Source of the DNA: Acidimicrobiales bacterium
GTDB taxonomy: Bacteria; Actinomycetota; Acidimicrobiia; Acidimicrobiales; Bin134
Assembly: GCA_965116535.1 (NCBI GenBank)
Contig: OZ220703.1
Span: 385,545 to 449,544, forward strand
Direction of reading: 5' to 3'
DNA: 64,000 bases
Part shown: piece by piece, positions 1 to 12,000 of the stretch
Layout: each line of letters opens with the position of its first letter
Position numbering within the stretch: the first letter of the stretch is position 1
Program-made: the position numbers and the translations under genes
The notes under the pieces: model-generated
Database searches by the model: none
What the model was told of the DNA's origin: nothing
What the model saw: the letters and a program-made list of their open reading frames with translations, nothing else

Positions 1-3000
1 GTCGCCGGCGGGGATGGTCAAAGTGGTCGTGGTGCCCAGCGCGGCGGGCGACGTCGCCCCCGCGGGCGCGCCGGCCTCCACGCCGACCGTGAAGGTGATT
101 GGATCGGCAGAGGTTCGGTCGATGGAGGCGGTGACGGTGGCGGTGACGGCGGCGTCGTCCTCGGGAACCGACGGCCGCGACAGCGTCAGGGTGGCCTTCG
201 GGGGCAAGTCGTAGGCGAACACCTTGTCGCGGACGTTGGAATCGGTGTTGTCGTTGACCACCCACAGGGTGATGCCGTCCGACCAGATTCCCACCGGAGA
301 GTCGTTGTCGGCGTGCAGGGCCAGGTCTTGGCCGGGGTCGTGCTGCCAGGTGATGAGAACGGGGTCGTCGTCGTCTTCAGTCTCTAGGGCCCCGTAGTCC
401 AGCACCATCTTGTAGGCGTACAGCTTCTGGTCGTCGGCATCGGTCACCCACATCGTGCGCCCGTCCGACCAGATGTACTCGGGAGCGTCGTTCTCGACGT
501 GGAGGGGCAGGTCTCTTTCGACGGTGTAGGAGCCGAATTCCGCATCGTACTCTTCGTTGATGTGGTAGGCGTACAGCCTGAGGTCTTCGGTATCGACCAC
601 CCAGATGGTGGTGCCGTCCGACCAGACACCGCCGGGGTTGGCGTTGGCTGAGTCGAGGGCGATCGTGTCAAACCTTCGGTAGGCGCGGTTGGAGAATAGG
701 TAGGCCCGCAGATTTCCTACGTCCTTATCGACTGCCCACAGCGTGGTGAGGTTCGACCACACGCCCTTGTGGACGCCATGCGATGCCAGGGTCCAATCGG
801 AGCTTTCGATGCGCGTGCCGTAGGTACTGCCTTCGGCCACCCCGTAGGCGAACAGCCTATGGGGGCCATCGGACGATGAAACGGGTTGGTCGACCACCCA
901 CAGCGTGGTGTCGTCCGACCACACGCCCCGGGGCCTGGCGTTGTCAGCAGCAAGATTGAAATCGCGGCTGGAGTCGTACCGGCCGACGCCCACCGGCACC
1001 GGCTCGTCGTCGGCCACGAGCAGGGTAATCGGTAGGGGGTTCTTGTCGACGAGTGAGATGCCGGTTGTGACGGTGGCGGTGAAGACCACCGGGCGGGGGC
1101 CGGTGCGGACGGCATCGTCTGATGAGGTGATGGTGATGGGGCTTGTGCTCTCCCCAGCGTTCGCTGCGAAGCTCAGGGTTGTGGAACTCAGCGTCACTGG
1201 CGAGTCGTCGGGCACCGAAACGGTGATGGTCACCGGCCCGTCCACCGTCGGGTCCAAAGTGGCGTACAGCTGCGCGGTGCCCCCGTTCTCGGAGATCTCG
1301 GAAATCCTCTCGCCTGAGGATTCGTCGCGCCTCAGCTTCAGAGTCACCGGGGACGGATCGGCGGTTTCGCGGCTGAACATGTTGTAGGAGTAGATGGCGT
1401 CGTCGCTGCCGCTGGCCACCCACAACGTGTCGCCGTCAGACCAGATGCTGAGCGATTTGTCCGGGTTCGGCGCCTGGCGGGGGCCGTTCTGGCCTACGGG
1501 CCCCTTCTGGTCGGGAGACCCGGAGCGGGAGCCGCCGGCGCCGCCGGCGCCGCCGATGAGGTTGTCGAACTCGAGATCGTCGGTAGCTCCAGTGCCGTCC
1601 TGGCGGGTGCCGTCCGACAGCGCGTAGGCATACAGCTTGTCGTCGGCGGTGTCGGCCACCCACATCACAGTCCCGTCCGACCAGATGCCGTCGGGGTCGC
1701 CGTTGTCGGCCGCGTCGTCGGTGGCGTGATCGGCCAGATCGAACTCGAGATCGTCGGTAGCACCGGTGCCGTCCTGGCGGGTGCCGTCCGACAGCGCGTA
1801 GGCATACAGCTTGTCGTCGCCCGCGTCGGCCACCCACATCACAGTCCCGTTCGACCAGATGCCCCGCGGGTCGCCGTTGTCGGCCGCGTCGTCGGTGGCG
1901 TGATCGGCCAGATCGAACTCGAGATCGTCGGTAGCACCGGTGCCGTCCTGGCGGGTGCCGTCCGACAGCGCGTAGGCATACAGTTTGTCGTCGCCCGCGT
2001 CGGCCACCCACATCACAGTCCCGTTCGACCAGGAGCCCCGCGGGTCGCTGTTGGCGGCGTCCAGAGCGAACCCGGCGCCGGAGTCGTGCTGCTTGGTGTC
2101 GGTGTTGTAGGCGTACAGCGCGCCACCAGCGTCGAGCACGTACATGCGGTCGCCCACGCGGAACAGGCCCCGGGGCTCGTCGTTGGCGGTCGCCAGCACG
2201 GGGATGTCGTCCACTGCCTTCCACTCGCCGGATGAGTCCGAGCCCAAATTGAGGGTGAGCACATAGGTGCGGGTGGCCAAGTTGTCGGAGCCGGTCACCT
2301 TCACCTTGACCGTGTTGGCGCCGGCGCTGAGCGCCACCTGGAAGCCGTTGCCGGCGTCGTTGTCCGCGTCGTCGAGCGTGCCGTCGTCGCCGTCGAGGAA
2401 CGCCACCCCCGCGCTCACGTCCGTCTTCGTCGGCGACACCGTCACCGGCGACGTGCCCGCAGCGAAGCCCGCTGTGTACTCGTGGACATCGGACGCGAAG
2501 GTCGGGCTGAGCACCGCGGGCTGCGAGTCGCTGCCGGTGACCTCGAGCGCTCTCAAGGAGGCGTCCGCCGGTACCGTGACGTCGATCAGATAACGGGCCA
2601 TGGTGCCGTCCTCGGCGGTGACCGTCACCACGATCCCGTTGGATCCCCGCACCAGGCTCACCTGATGGCCGTTCCCCGAATTACCGTCGGCGTCGGCGGG
2701 GGCGAACGAGACCTGCGACGTGGCCGCGGTGGGCTCAGCCGACACCGTCACCGTGTCAGCGCCCTCCAGCGCGGTGGCGATATAGAAAGTCGCGGTCAGG
2801 GGGGTCAGCGTAAGCGGGTTGTTGTAGCCGTCGGTCAGCTCGATGCTGTCGCTCTTGAGCGTGGCGTCGCCGTCGAGCGAGGTGTCGTGGGTGCTGTTGT
2901 AGGCGAACACCTTGGAGTGCTCGGCACCGTCACCGCGGCCCACATAGACCACGCCGCCGTCGTGCCACACACCCCCGATTTGGCCTCCCGAGCCGGTGTG

Positions 3001-6000
3001 GCTCTCGTGCAGACCGATGTCCCATGCCTCGTTGCGGGTTCCGTCGGCCAACTGGAACGCATACAGCTTGCCGTCGCTGTCGTTGAGCGCCCAGATCGCG
3101 GTGCCGTCGGAGGCGATGCCGCGCAGGCTCTCGCCGCTGTCGAACACCTCGGTGAGGCTGATGTCCTTGGCTGAGTCGTGAGCCTTCGTCGCAAGGGTGT
3201 ACGCGTAGATCTTTCGATCTTCAGAGTCGCCCACCCACATGGTGTCGCCGTTGGACCATATGCCCGCAGGGTCGTCGTGGCCCGCGGGCTGGGCGATGTC
3301 CTTGGCCGAATCGCGGTCGCCGTGAACCGGGCCCGCCGCCCCCGCAGCGGTGACGTCGATCTTGTACGCGTACAGCTTGTCGTCGTCGGGATCGGCCACC
3401 CACATCGTGCCGCTCACCGAGTCGTCGCCCGCCACCTCGACATCAGCGAAGACGCCGGCCCCCAGTGCTTCGTTGCCGTCGCCCGTGTTCAGCTCGATGT
3501 CGAGGACGGCCACGCGGCTGCCGTCGGAGCGGTTGAACGCCAGCACCTTGTCGCTGCCGTCGTCGGCCACCCACAGCGTGCCCGCGGTGCCCCACACATC
3601 CCGCGGCTCAATGTTCTCGGTGTCCCACAGGAAGTTGAAGTCGTCGCCGGCGCGCCATTTGCCGGCATCGGCCGAGCCGCGGCCCAGATGCAACGTGTAC
3701 TCGGTGGCCAAGACGCTGTCTGGCACCGACACCCGCACCGTCAACACAGTGACGGTGCCCGCCGCCCCCAGAGCCACCTGATGGCCCGCCGCTCCAGAAG
3801 TGGTGTCGGCGTCGTCGAGGCGGTCGCCGTTCGCGTCGAACACCGCCACCACGACATCGGCAGCATCCGCGGTCGTAGTCCAATCGAGCGTGACCTGCCC
3901 GACATCGCTGTCGAAACCGGCGTGATACACCAAATGATCAGCGGTGAAACCATGCAGCCTGTCGTCGGACTCGCCCGCCGCGGACGCCGACAATGCGGCC
4001 AATTCGGGGGAGGGCAGCTCATCCACCACCTGAAACACGCCCGACAACGCGTACAGCGGCAGAGCCCCATTGCTGGACGCGGTATTCGCATCGAACGCGT
4101 CGCCGGCCGTCTCCGGAGTGCCTATCTGCGCCTCTGGTGCCTTTCCGAGGTATCCGGTCGCGTGCGCGGTGCCGTCGGACGAACAGCCGGTCCAAGCCGA
4201 GGTCTCGCGGCTATTGTCCGCGCCCGAGGTGAACCTCGAAACCAAGCTTTGCCAGTCTTCGGTATAGAACGCCTTGTAGTGGTCGGCGATCTTGGCGCCG
4301 TTGAGCCAGTAGACGGGCACGCCGGTGTCATCGTCGGTGTAGGTGGTGCCGGTGTGGTCGCGTGCGCTCAGGCCCTGGGTGCATCCCAGCACCGTGAACA
4401 GGCCGCCGAACGAACCGACCGCGGCATGGCCGTTAGCGCCGATGTCGGCGCGCACATGGCTGTCGTAGTTGGCGATGGCGGTTGCGGTGGCGTCGCGTTT
4501 GCTGACCGTGAGCGCCAACAGCCGGAACTGGTCGCCGTCGTTCAGCCCCGACGGCGTGAGGGTCCAGCCGTCCGGCACCGCGGTCACGCCTTCGGCCAGT
4601 ATGACGGGTTCACGGCTGAAGGTGACGGTGTAGGTCTCAGTGGTGGTGGTGTCCTGGGCGGTGACGGTGACGGTCACGTCGACGGTGCCGTTCCCGGTGA
4701 GGCCCGACAGGTCCACTTGGTGGCCGCCGTCGGTGTTGCTGCTGTCCGCGGGCGAGGTGACCGCGGCGGTGGCCCTGAGCTGGCGCGCGCTGGCGGCCAC
4801 GGTGACCTCGTCGATGCCTGACGGAACGGTCACCAGCCGCACCGCATCGTTGTCGGGGTCGGCGACCACATCGAGCGTGCCGTCGGCGTGGGTGACGGTG
4901 ACTTTGCCGAGGTCGGCGTTGTCGGACACCGGCATGTTGAACGAATACAGCTTCTGGCCCGTGCCGGCGCCTTTCGGCCTGCCCGCACCGATGGCCGACA
5001 CCCACATCGTCACACCGTCAGACCACAGCCCCGCACGCGTCCACCTCGGCACACCAGCGGTGGTCGTGGCCAGGTCCTTCGCCGCGGCGCGCGACCCGTC
5101 AGCAAGGTTGTACGCGTACAGCTTGTCGTCGCCGTTGGTCTCGTCGGATTCGGTCACCCACACCGTCACACCGTCAGACCAGATGCCCTGCGCGTTGGCG
5201 TTGTCGCCATCCAGGTCAAACTCGCGGTCAGCGCGGCCGTCGTTGCCGTCCAAACGCAATCCGCTGGACAGATCGAACGCATACACCCGATCGGTGTCGG
5301 CATCAACAGTCCACAGCGTCGACCCGTCCGACCACAGGCCCGCCGCATCACCCGCCGCCGCCGGCACGCCGAACGGCTGAAGCGTGCCGTGAGGCGCGCC
5401 CGTCGAGATGTCATAGGGATGCACCCTCGCCGCGGGATCGTCGTAATTCAGCACCCACAGCGCGTCCGCGCCGCGCCACACCCCGTACACCGCCGGGCTG
5501 CACTTGTCATTGCCCGACAACCCGCAATTGCTCAACACCGTCAGCTCGGTGTCGTCAAGCTCCAGATCATCGGTGCCCGAGGTGCCGTCCTGGCGGACAC
5601 CACCAGGCCACGCGTAGGCGAACACCCGATCACCCCAGTCATCGGCCACCCACAGGGTCGAACCGTCCGACCACAAACCACGCGGGGCCCAATTCGTGCT
5701 GTCCAGCCACTCGACGTCATCGACCACCTTCCACACACCCACCTCCGACGACCCCAAACGCACCGTCAGCACATAGGTCTGCGTCGACGTGGTGTCCTGC
5801 GCGGTCACCACCACCTTCACCGTGCTGACCCCCGCCGGCAGCGCCGCCTGCAAACCATTCGACAGATCACCGTCAGAATCGGAGATCGCCGTGTCGTTGC
5901 CGTCGAAGTACGCCACAGACGCGCCGTCGTCGGAGAACACCGGCACCACCGACACCGACGCAGCCGCCGCCACATCCACCGCATAAGCCAAAGTCCCCGA

Positions 6001-9000
6001 CGCGAACCCCGCCACCGCAACGCCCTGCACCGACAAACCCGACAAAGACGCATCCTCCGACGGCGCAGCCGCCCGGGTCACTGTCAGGTTGTAGTCGCCG
6101 GTCGTGGTGCCGTCCTCGGCGGTGACCCGCAACCGCAACTTGTTGGCGCCCTCGGCCAGCGACGACACGGTGTGGGTCAGAATATGGGTGTCCGAGTCCT
6201 TGCCGGCCGAGTCGGCCAGCTCGGACTCGACCTCGCTGGGGGGGACGCCCGTCACCGACAGCAAGGCAACCGTCGCGTTCTCGTGGCCCGCGGTCGCCGA
6301 CACCGCCGCCTCCTCCACGTCATGGCCCACGTTCACCGTGTATTCCAGCTTGTCGGCCGCGAAACCCGGCACCGGCGTGCCCGCCACCGACAGCGCCGAC
6401 AGCGAGGCGTCCGCGGACTGGCGGCGCAGCCTGATCGTATAAGTCTTGGTGGTGCCGTCTTGGGCGGTGACCGTCACCGACACGTCCACGGTGCCGGTGA
6501 CGGGGAGGCTCACCTGGTGACCGCCGTCGACGTTGTTGCTGTCCACCGGCGAGGTGATCGCCGCGGTCGCCTTGAGCTGACGCGTCCCCACCGCCACAGT
6601 GACCTCAGCAACATCGGCAGGCGCAACCGCCAACAACAACGCGTCATCATCCGGGTCAGGCACCACATCCAAAGCGCCGCCGCTGTGAGTGACCGACACC
6701 ATGCCAAGCTCGACATTGTCCGACTCCGGCATCTTGTAGGAGAACAGCTTCTGGCCGACATACCCGCTTGGGCTGCTCCCCGATGCCCTCTCAGCCACCC
6801 ACATCACCTCGCCGTCGGACCAGATCCCCAACGGGAAACTCTGACCCGCCCCCGCCAGCGTGTTGAAGTCCTTCGAGGAGTCGCGGGCGCCCGTGTCCAG
6901 CGTGTACGCGTACAGCTTGTACTCGCTGTTGGTACTGTCGTTCTTGGCCACCCACATCGTGACCCCGTCGGACCAGACACCCTCCGGGTTGGCGTTGTCG
7001 GAGTGCAAGTCGAACTCGCGGCTCTCTCCGTCCTTGCTGTGTTGGCGGGCGCCGTCGTCGCGCGCATAAGCGAACATACGTTTAGAGGACGAGTCAGAGT
7101 TGAGCACCCACATCGTGGTGCCGTCGGACCACAGCGACCGAGGGTCGTTGTTTGACTGCACAAGCTCCAAGTCCGAGTCCGACGCACGGGAGAGGTCCGA
7201 CAGCTTGTACGCGTACGCCTTCTCGCTCCCGGAAGTTAGGGTGTTATGGACCACCCACATGGTGGTCCCGTCAGACCACAATCCCACGGGGTTCGGATCG
7301 CATCGACCTTCGGAGAAAGGACCGCAATCCGCCGCGTCAACCGACAGAGCGGCGCTGTCGAGCTCCTTGCTGGTGTCGCGCTCCCCGTCGGCCCGCGTGT
7401 ACGCGAACACATGATCGGCGGTGTCGTCGAGCACCCACAGCGTGGTGCCGTCAGACCATATGTCGTTCGGAAAGCCGTTGCCGGCCGCCAGCCAGTCCAT
7501 ATCGTCGACCACAAGCCAGCCGAAGGTCTCCGACGACCCCAAACGCACCGTCAACGTATACGTCTCCGTCGACGTCCCGTCCTCGGCGGTCACCACCACC
7601 TTCACCGTGCTGACCCCAGCCGGCAGCGCCGCCTGCAAACCATCCGCGTTGGCGTCCGCGTCGGTGATCGCCATGTCGCCGGCGTCTAAGAACGCCACCG
7701 ACGCGTTGTTGCCGCGGAACTCAGGCACCACCGACACCGAAGAGGCCGCCGCCACATCCACCGTATACGTCAGAGTCGCCGGATCGAACCCGTTCACCGC
7801 CTCGCCCTGCACCGTCAAACCCGACAGGGCCGCATCGTCGTCCAGCGAGGTGGCGAGGGCGTTGTAGGCGAACACCTTGGACCGCGTGCCGTCGCCGCGG
7901 CCCACGTACATGATGTCGTCGGAGAGCCACACACCGCGGATGCTGCCTCCCCCCGTGAGATGGCCGGAGTGGAGGCTGATGTCCCAATCGCTGTTGCGAT
8001 CCTTGCCGTCGATCTCGAACGCGTACAGCTTCCGGTCGTCTTGGTGGAGCGCCCAGATCGCGGTGCCGTCGCCGGTGATTCCCCGCAACTTGTTTCTTTC
8101 GACCTCGCTGGCGATATTGATGTCCTTGCCCGAGTCGCGGTCGCCGTAGTTGGCGCCGGTTTCGAGGGTGTAGGCGTAGAACCTTCGATCATCATCATCG
8201 GAGCGGTCAGAATCGCCCACCCACATGGTGGTCCCGTTCGACCACAAGCCTCGCGGCGTGTCATTCTTGGCGGTGTCTAGGCCGATGTCCTTGCCCGAGT
8301 CGCGGTCGCCGTGGTCCGTGCCCTTCGTGCCGTCGGCGTTGATGTCGATCTTGTAGGCAAAGATATGGTTCTTGCCGTCGTCGGCCACCCATATCGTGCC
8401 ACTCACCGACGAGTTGCCCTCCGCCTCCGCGTCGGTGAAGATCCCGCCGTCGAGATTTTGGTTAACTTCGCCACGGTCCGTAGCCGAGTTCACCAACACG
8501 ATGTCGAGACCCTCCGCCCGTCTGCCGTCGGAACGGTTGAACGCCAGCAGCGTCTTGGTGGTGTCGTCGCCCACCCACAGCGTGGCCTCAGTGACCGCGA
8601 TGCCGCGGGGCTTGATGCCCGCGACGTCCCACAAGTAGTTTATGTCGTCGCCGGCGCGCCAGCCTCCCGCCGCATCCGAGCCGCGGCCCAAGTACAGCGT
8701 GTACGTTCTAGTGTGGGTGGTGTCGGGAACGCTCGTCTTCACCTTGAACGTGTTGAGGCCGGCATTGAGGTTCACCTGGTGGCCCGCCCTGTTGTCGTCG
8801 GCGTCGTCGACGGCGGTGTCGCCGCTGTCAGTCACCGACACTGTGACGCCGGGGTCCGCTGTCCAGGCGATGGTGGCCTGTTCCACACCGTTGTCGAAGC
8901 CGACGTTATACACGTGATGGTCGGGCCTGAAGCCGTCCAGCCTCTCGTCGGACTCGCCTGCCGCGGTCACCGACAGGGGATGCAGATTCGCGGACAAGCC

Positions 9001-12000
9001 CAACCTGAAGACCGGCGAGAGGGCCATCACGGGGGGAATCGGGAAGGGGTCGAGGGGGGTCGTAAGACTGGTGAATGCGTGGATCGGCTCTCTGTCGGTT
9101 TGGCTGTGGGGCGGAATCGCGGTGTGACCCGGATCTCCGTAGATGATGGAGGACGGATTGCCCAAGGGGCTCAACTCATTGGGAAAGCCGTCATTGTCGC
9201 AGCCGGTCCCGACCGCGTACACCGTGGGGTCAGGGTCCTTGGTGCCATCTTCTGGGTCAACAATGACGGGCCAGCGTCCCTCCACCTTGCCATTCACCTC
9301 GCGCACCTCTTTACTGTCCCACCCGCCGTCGTAGAGGTCGGCGTAGTCGTCGGCCACCTTGTCGCCGCCGACCCAGTAGACGCCCACGCCCCGCAAACCG
9401 ACCGCATCGCGGTACTCGGTGCCGGTGTTCGCGCGCGCTGAGACCGTTGCAGTGCAGCCCAGCACGCGGAACCCAGCCGAGTGCGCCCTGAGGCTGGCGT
9501 GTCCGTTGGCAGACACATTGTTCTGCGCAAAAGTGTTGTAGCCGCCGATGGTGTTCAGGGAGGGGTAGGACGGGGGTGAGGTGGTGTTGCCCAGCAGACG
9601 GAACCGATCGCCGAACGAGAGGCCCGGCGGCCTGAGCTCCCAGTGGCCGACAACCTCCACCTCGCCGACGCTCACGAGCACTCGATAGGTCACGATGTGC
9701 CCGTTCGGCGCGGTTGCTGTGACCTCGATGGGCGTGTGGCCGAACGTCACCGCAACCTGGTGGCCGGTCTCGTTCGGGTCGGCGTCGACGGGGGCGATCT
9801 TGAGCCCGGTGCTGCCGGTGCTCAGGGCGGCGGCCACCGTCACCTCGCCGGCGCTTGCAACGGCCGCCTCGTAGTAGGTGACGCCGCCTGTGAACGTAGG
9901 GCTGAGCGTGAGTGCGCTGGAGTCGCTGCCCGTCAGCGTCAGGCTCGAAAGGGCGACGCCGGACGTCGACGTGTCGTGGGTGGTGTTGTAGGCGAAGGCC
10001 TTGGAGGACTCCTCGTCGCCGCGGCCCACGTAGATGACTCCGCCCTCGATCCAGGCGCCGCGGTTCCGGTTGCCCGAGCGCTGGCTGTCGTGCAGTTCGA
10101 TGTCCCAGCCCTCGTTGCGAAGCTTGTTGGCAATCTGGAACGCGTACAGCTTGTTGTCGCTGTCGTTGAACACCCAGATCGCGGTGCCGTCGCCGACAAT
10201 GGCGCGCGGCCGCTCGCTGTCGCTGAACACGCTCGAGACGTCGATCTCCTTGCTTGAGTCGCGGTCGCCGGTTGCCAGCGTGTAGGCGTACAACTTGTCG
10301 TCGCGGGAGTCGGTCACCCACATCGTCGAACCGTTCGACCACAAACCCTCCGGATCGCTGTTGCGCTCCGATGGAGGACTGCTGTCCTCCGACAACACGA
10401 TGTCTTTGTCCAAGTCGCGGTCGCCGTGGGTGCCGCCCGCGGTGCCGTCGGCGTTGACGGCGATCTTGTAGGCGTAGAGCTTGTCGTCGTCGGGGTCGGA
10501 CACCCACAACGTGCCGCTCACCGTGGAATCGGTGCCGTCCTTGACCATGTCGGACCAGATCCCGCCCCACAGCTTGCCGTTGTCGCCGCTCAAGTTGATG
10601 TCGAGGCCCGCCTCCCGGCTGCCGTCGGAGCGGTCGAACGCCCGCACCGTGTTGTCGCTCGCGTCGGCCACCCACAACGTGTCGACCGTGCCCGCCATAC
10701 CGCGGGGCTTGATGTTGTTGACGTTCCACAAGAAGTCGACGTCGTTGCCGGCGCGCCAGCCGCCCAGCTCCGTGGAGCTGACCCCAAGGTGCAGCGTGTA
10801 GTCGCTGCCCACGCCGGAGCCTGTGTCCAACACCCTGACGGTGACAGCGTTGAGGCCCTCTTCCAAGTCGACCTGGTGGTGGTCCTCCATGTCATCGGCG
10901 TCTTCGAGCTCACCGCCGTCTGCGTCGAGGACCGACACTGTCGCGTCGTCGTCGGCAGTCCAGTTGAGCGTCGCCTGCGACACGCCGTCGCTGAAACCCG
11001 CGTTGTAGACGAGGTGGTCGGACGTGAAGCTGTGCAGCCTGTCGTCGGACTCGCCCGCCGCGGTTACCGACAGCGCGCTCAACTGCTGGGACGCCGTGGC
11101 TCTGGAGGTGTTGTAGGCGAAAATCTTGGAGCCGGCGCCGTCGCCGAAACCCACATAGATGGCGCCGCCCTCGATCCAAGCGCCGCGGTTCCTGTTGCCT
11201 GCGCTCTGGTCGCGGTCCAGCTTGATGTCCCAGCCGCTGTTGCGCGCCCCGCCGGCGATCTCGAACGCATACAGCTTTTCGGTGGTCGCGTCGTTGAGCA
11301 CCCAGATGGCGGTGCCGTCACCGACGATGGCGCGACCCCTGCCGTCGTATTCGCCCGAGACGTTGATGTCCTTGTCCGAGTCGCGGTCGCCGTGGTTGGC
11401 GCCGCCGAGGTGGTAGGCGTACAGGTGGTGGTCCCTGCTGTCGCTCACCCACATCGTCGTACCGTTCGACCACAAGCCCTCCGGATCGTTGTTGTCGTCG
11501 TGCAAATCGATGTCTTTGTCCGAGTCGCGGTCGCCGTGGGTGCCGCCCTTTGTGCCGTCGGCGTTGACATCGATCTTGTATGCGTAGATCTTGTCGTCGT
11601 TGTTGCGCTCGGGGTTGGACACCCACATCGTGCCGCTCACCGTGGAGTCGTTGTCGTCCTTGACCATGTCGGACCAGATCCCGCCCCACAACCTCCTGTC
11701 GCTGTCGCTCAAGTGGATGTCGAGGCTCGCCTCCCGGGTGCCGTCGGAGCGGTCGAACGCCAGCACCTTGTTGCTGCCAGCGTCGGCCACCCACAACGTG
11801 TCCGCCGTGCCCGCCATGCCGCGGGGCTTGATGTTGTCGACGCCCGACAGGTAGTGGACGTCGTCGCCGGCGCGCCGGCCGCCCAACTCCCTCGAGTTGA
11901 CCGCCAGGTGCAGCGTGTAGTCACCGCTGAGGCCGGCGTCGGCGTCCAACACCCTGACAATGACGGTGTTGATGCCGGCCTCCAAGTCGACGACTTGGTG

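Noticed and set aside
1567-2088. Possible CRISPR-like array suggested by regularly spaced near-identical repeats (also 41985-42042).
   Set aside because: The units are directly adjacent with no unique spacers. The 174-bp units are in frame within a coding sequence. The 29-nt pair has only two copies and no spacer. No cas genes are present.
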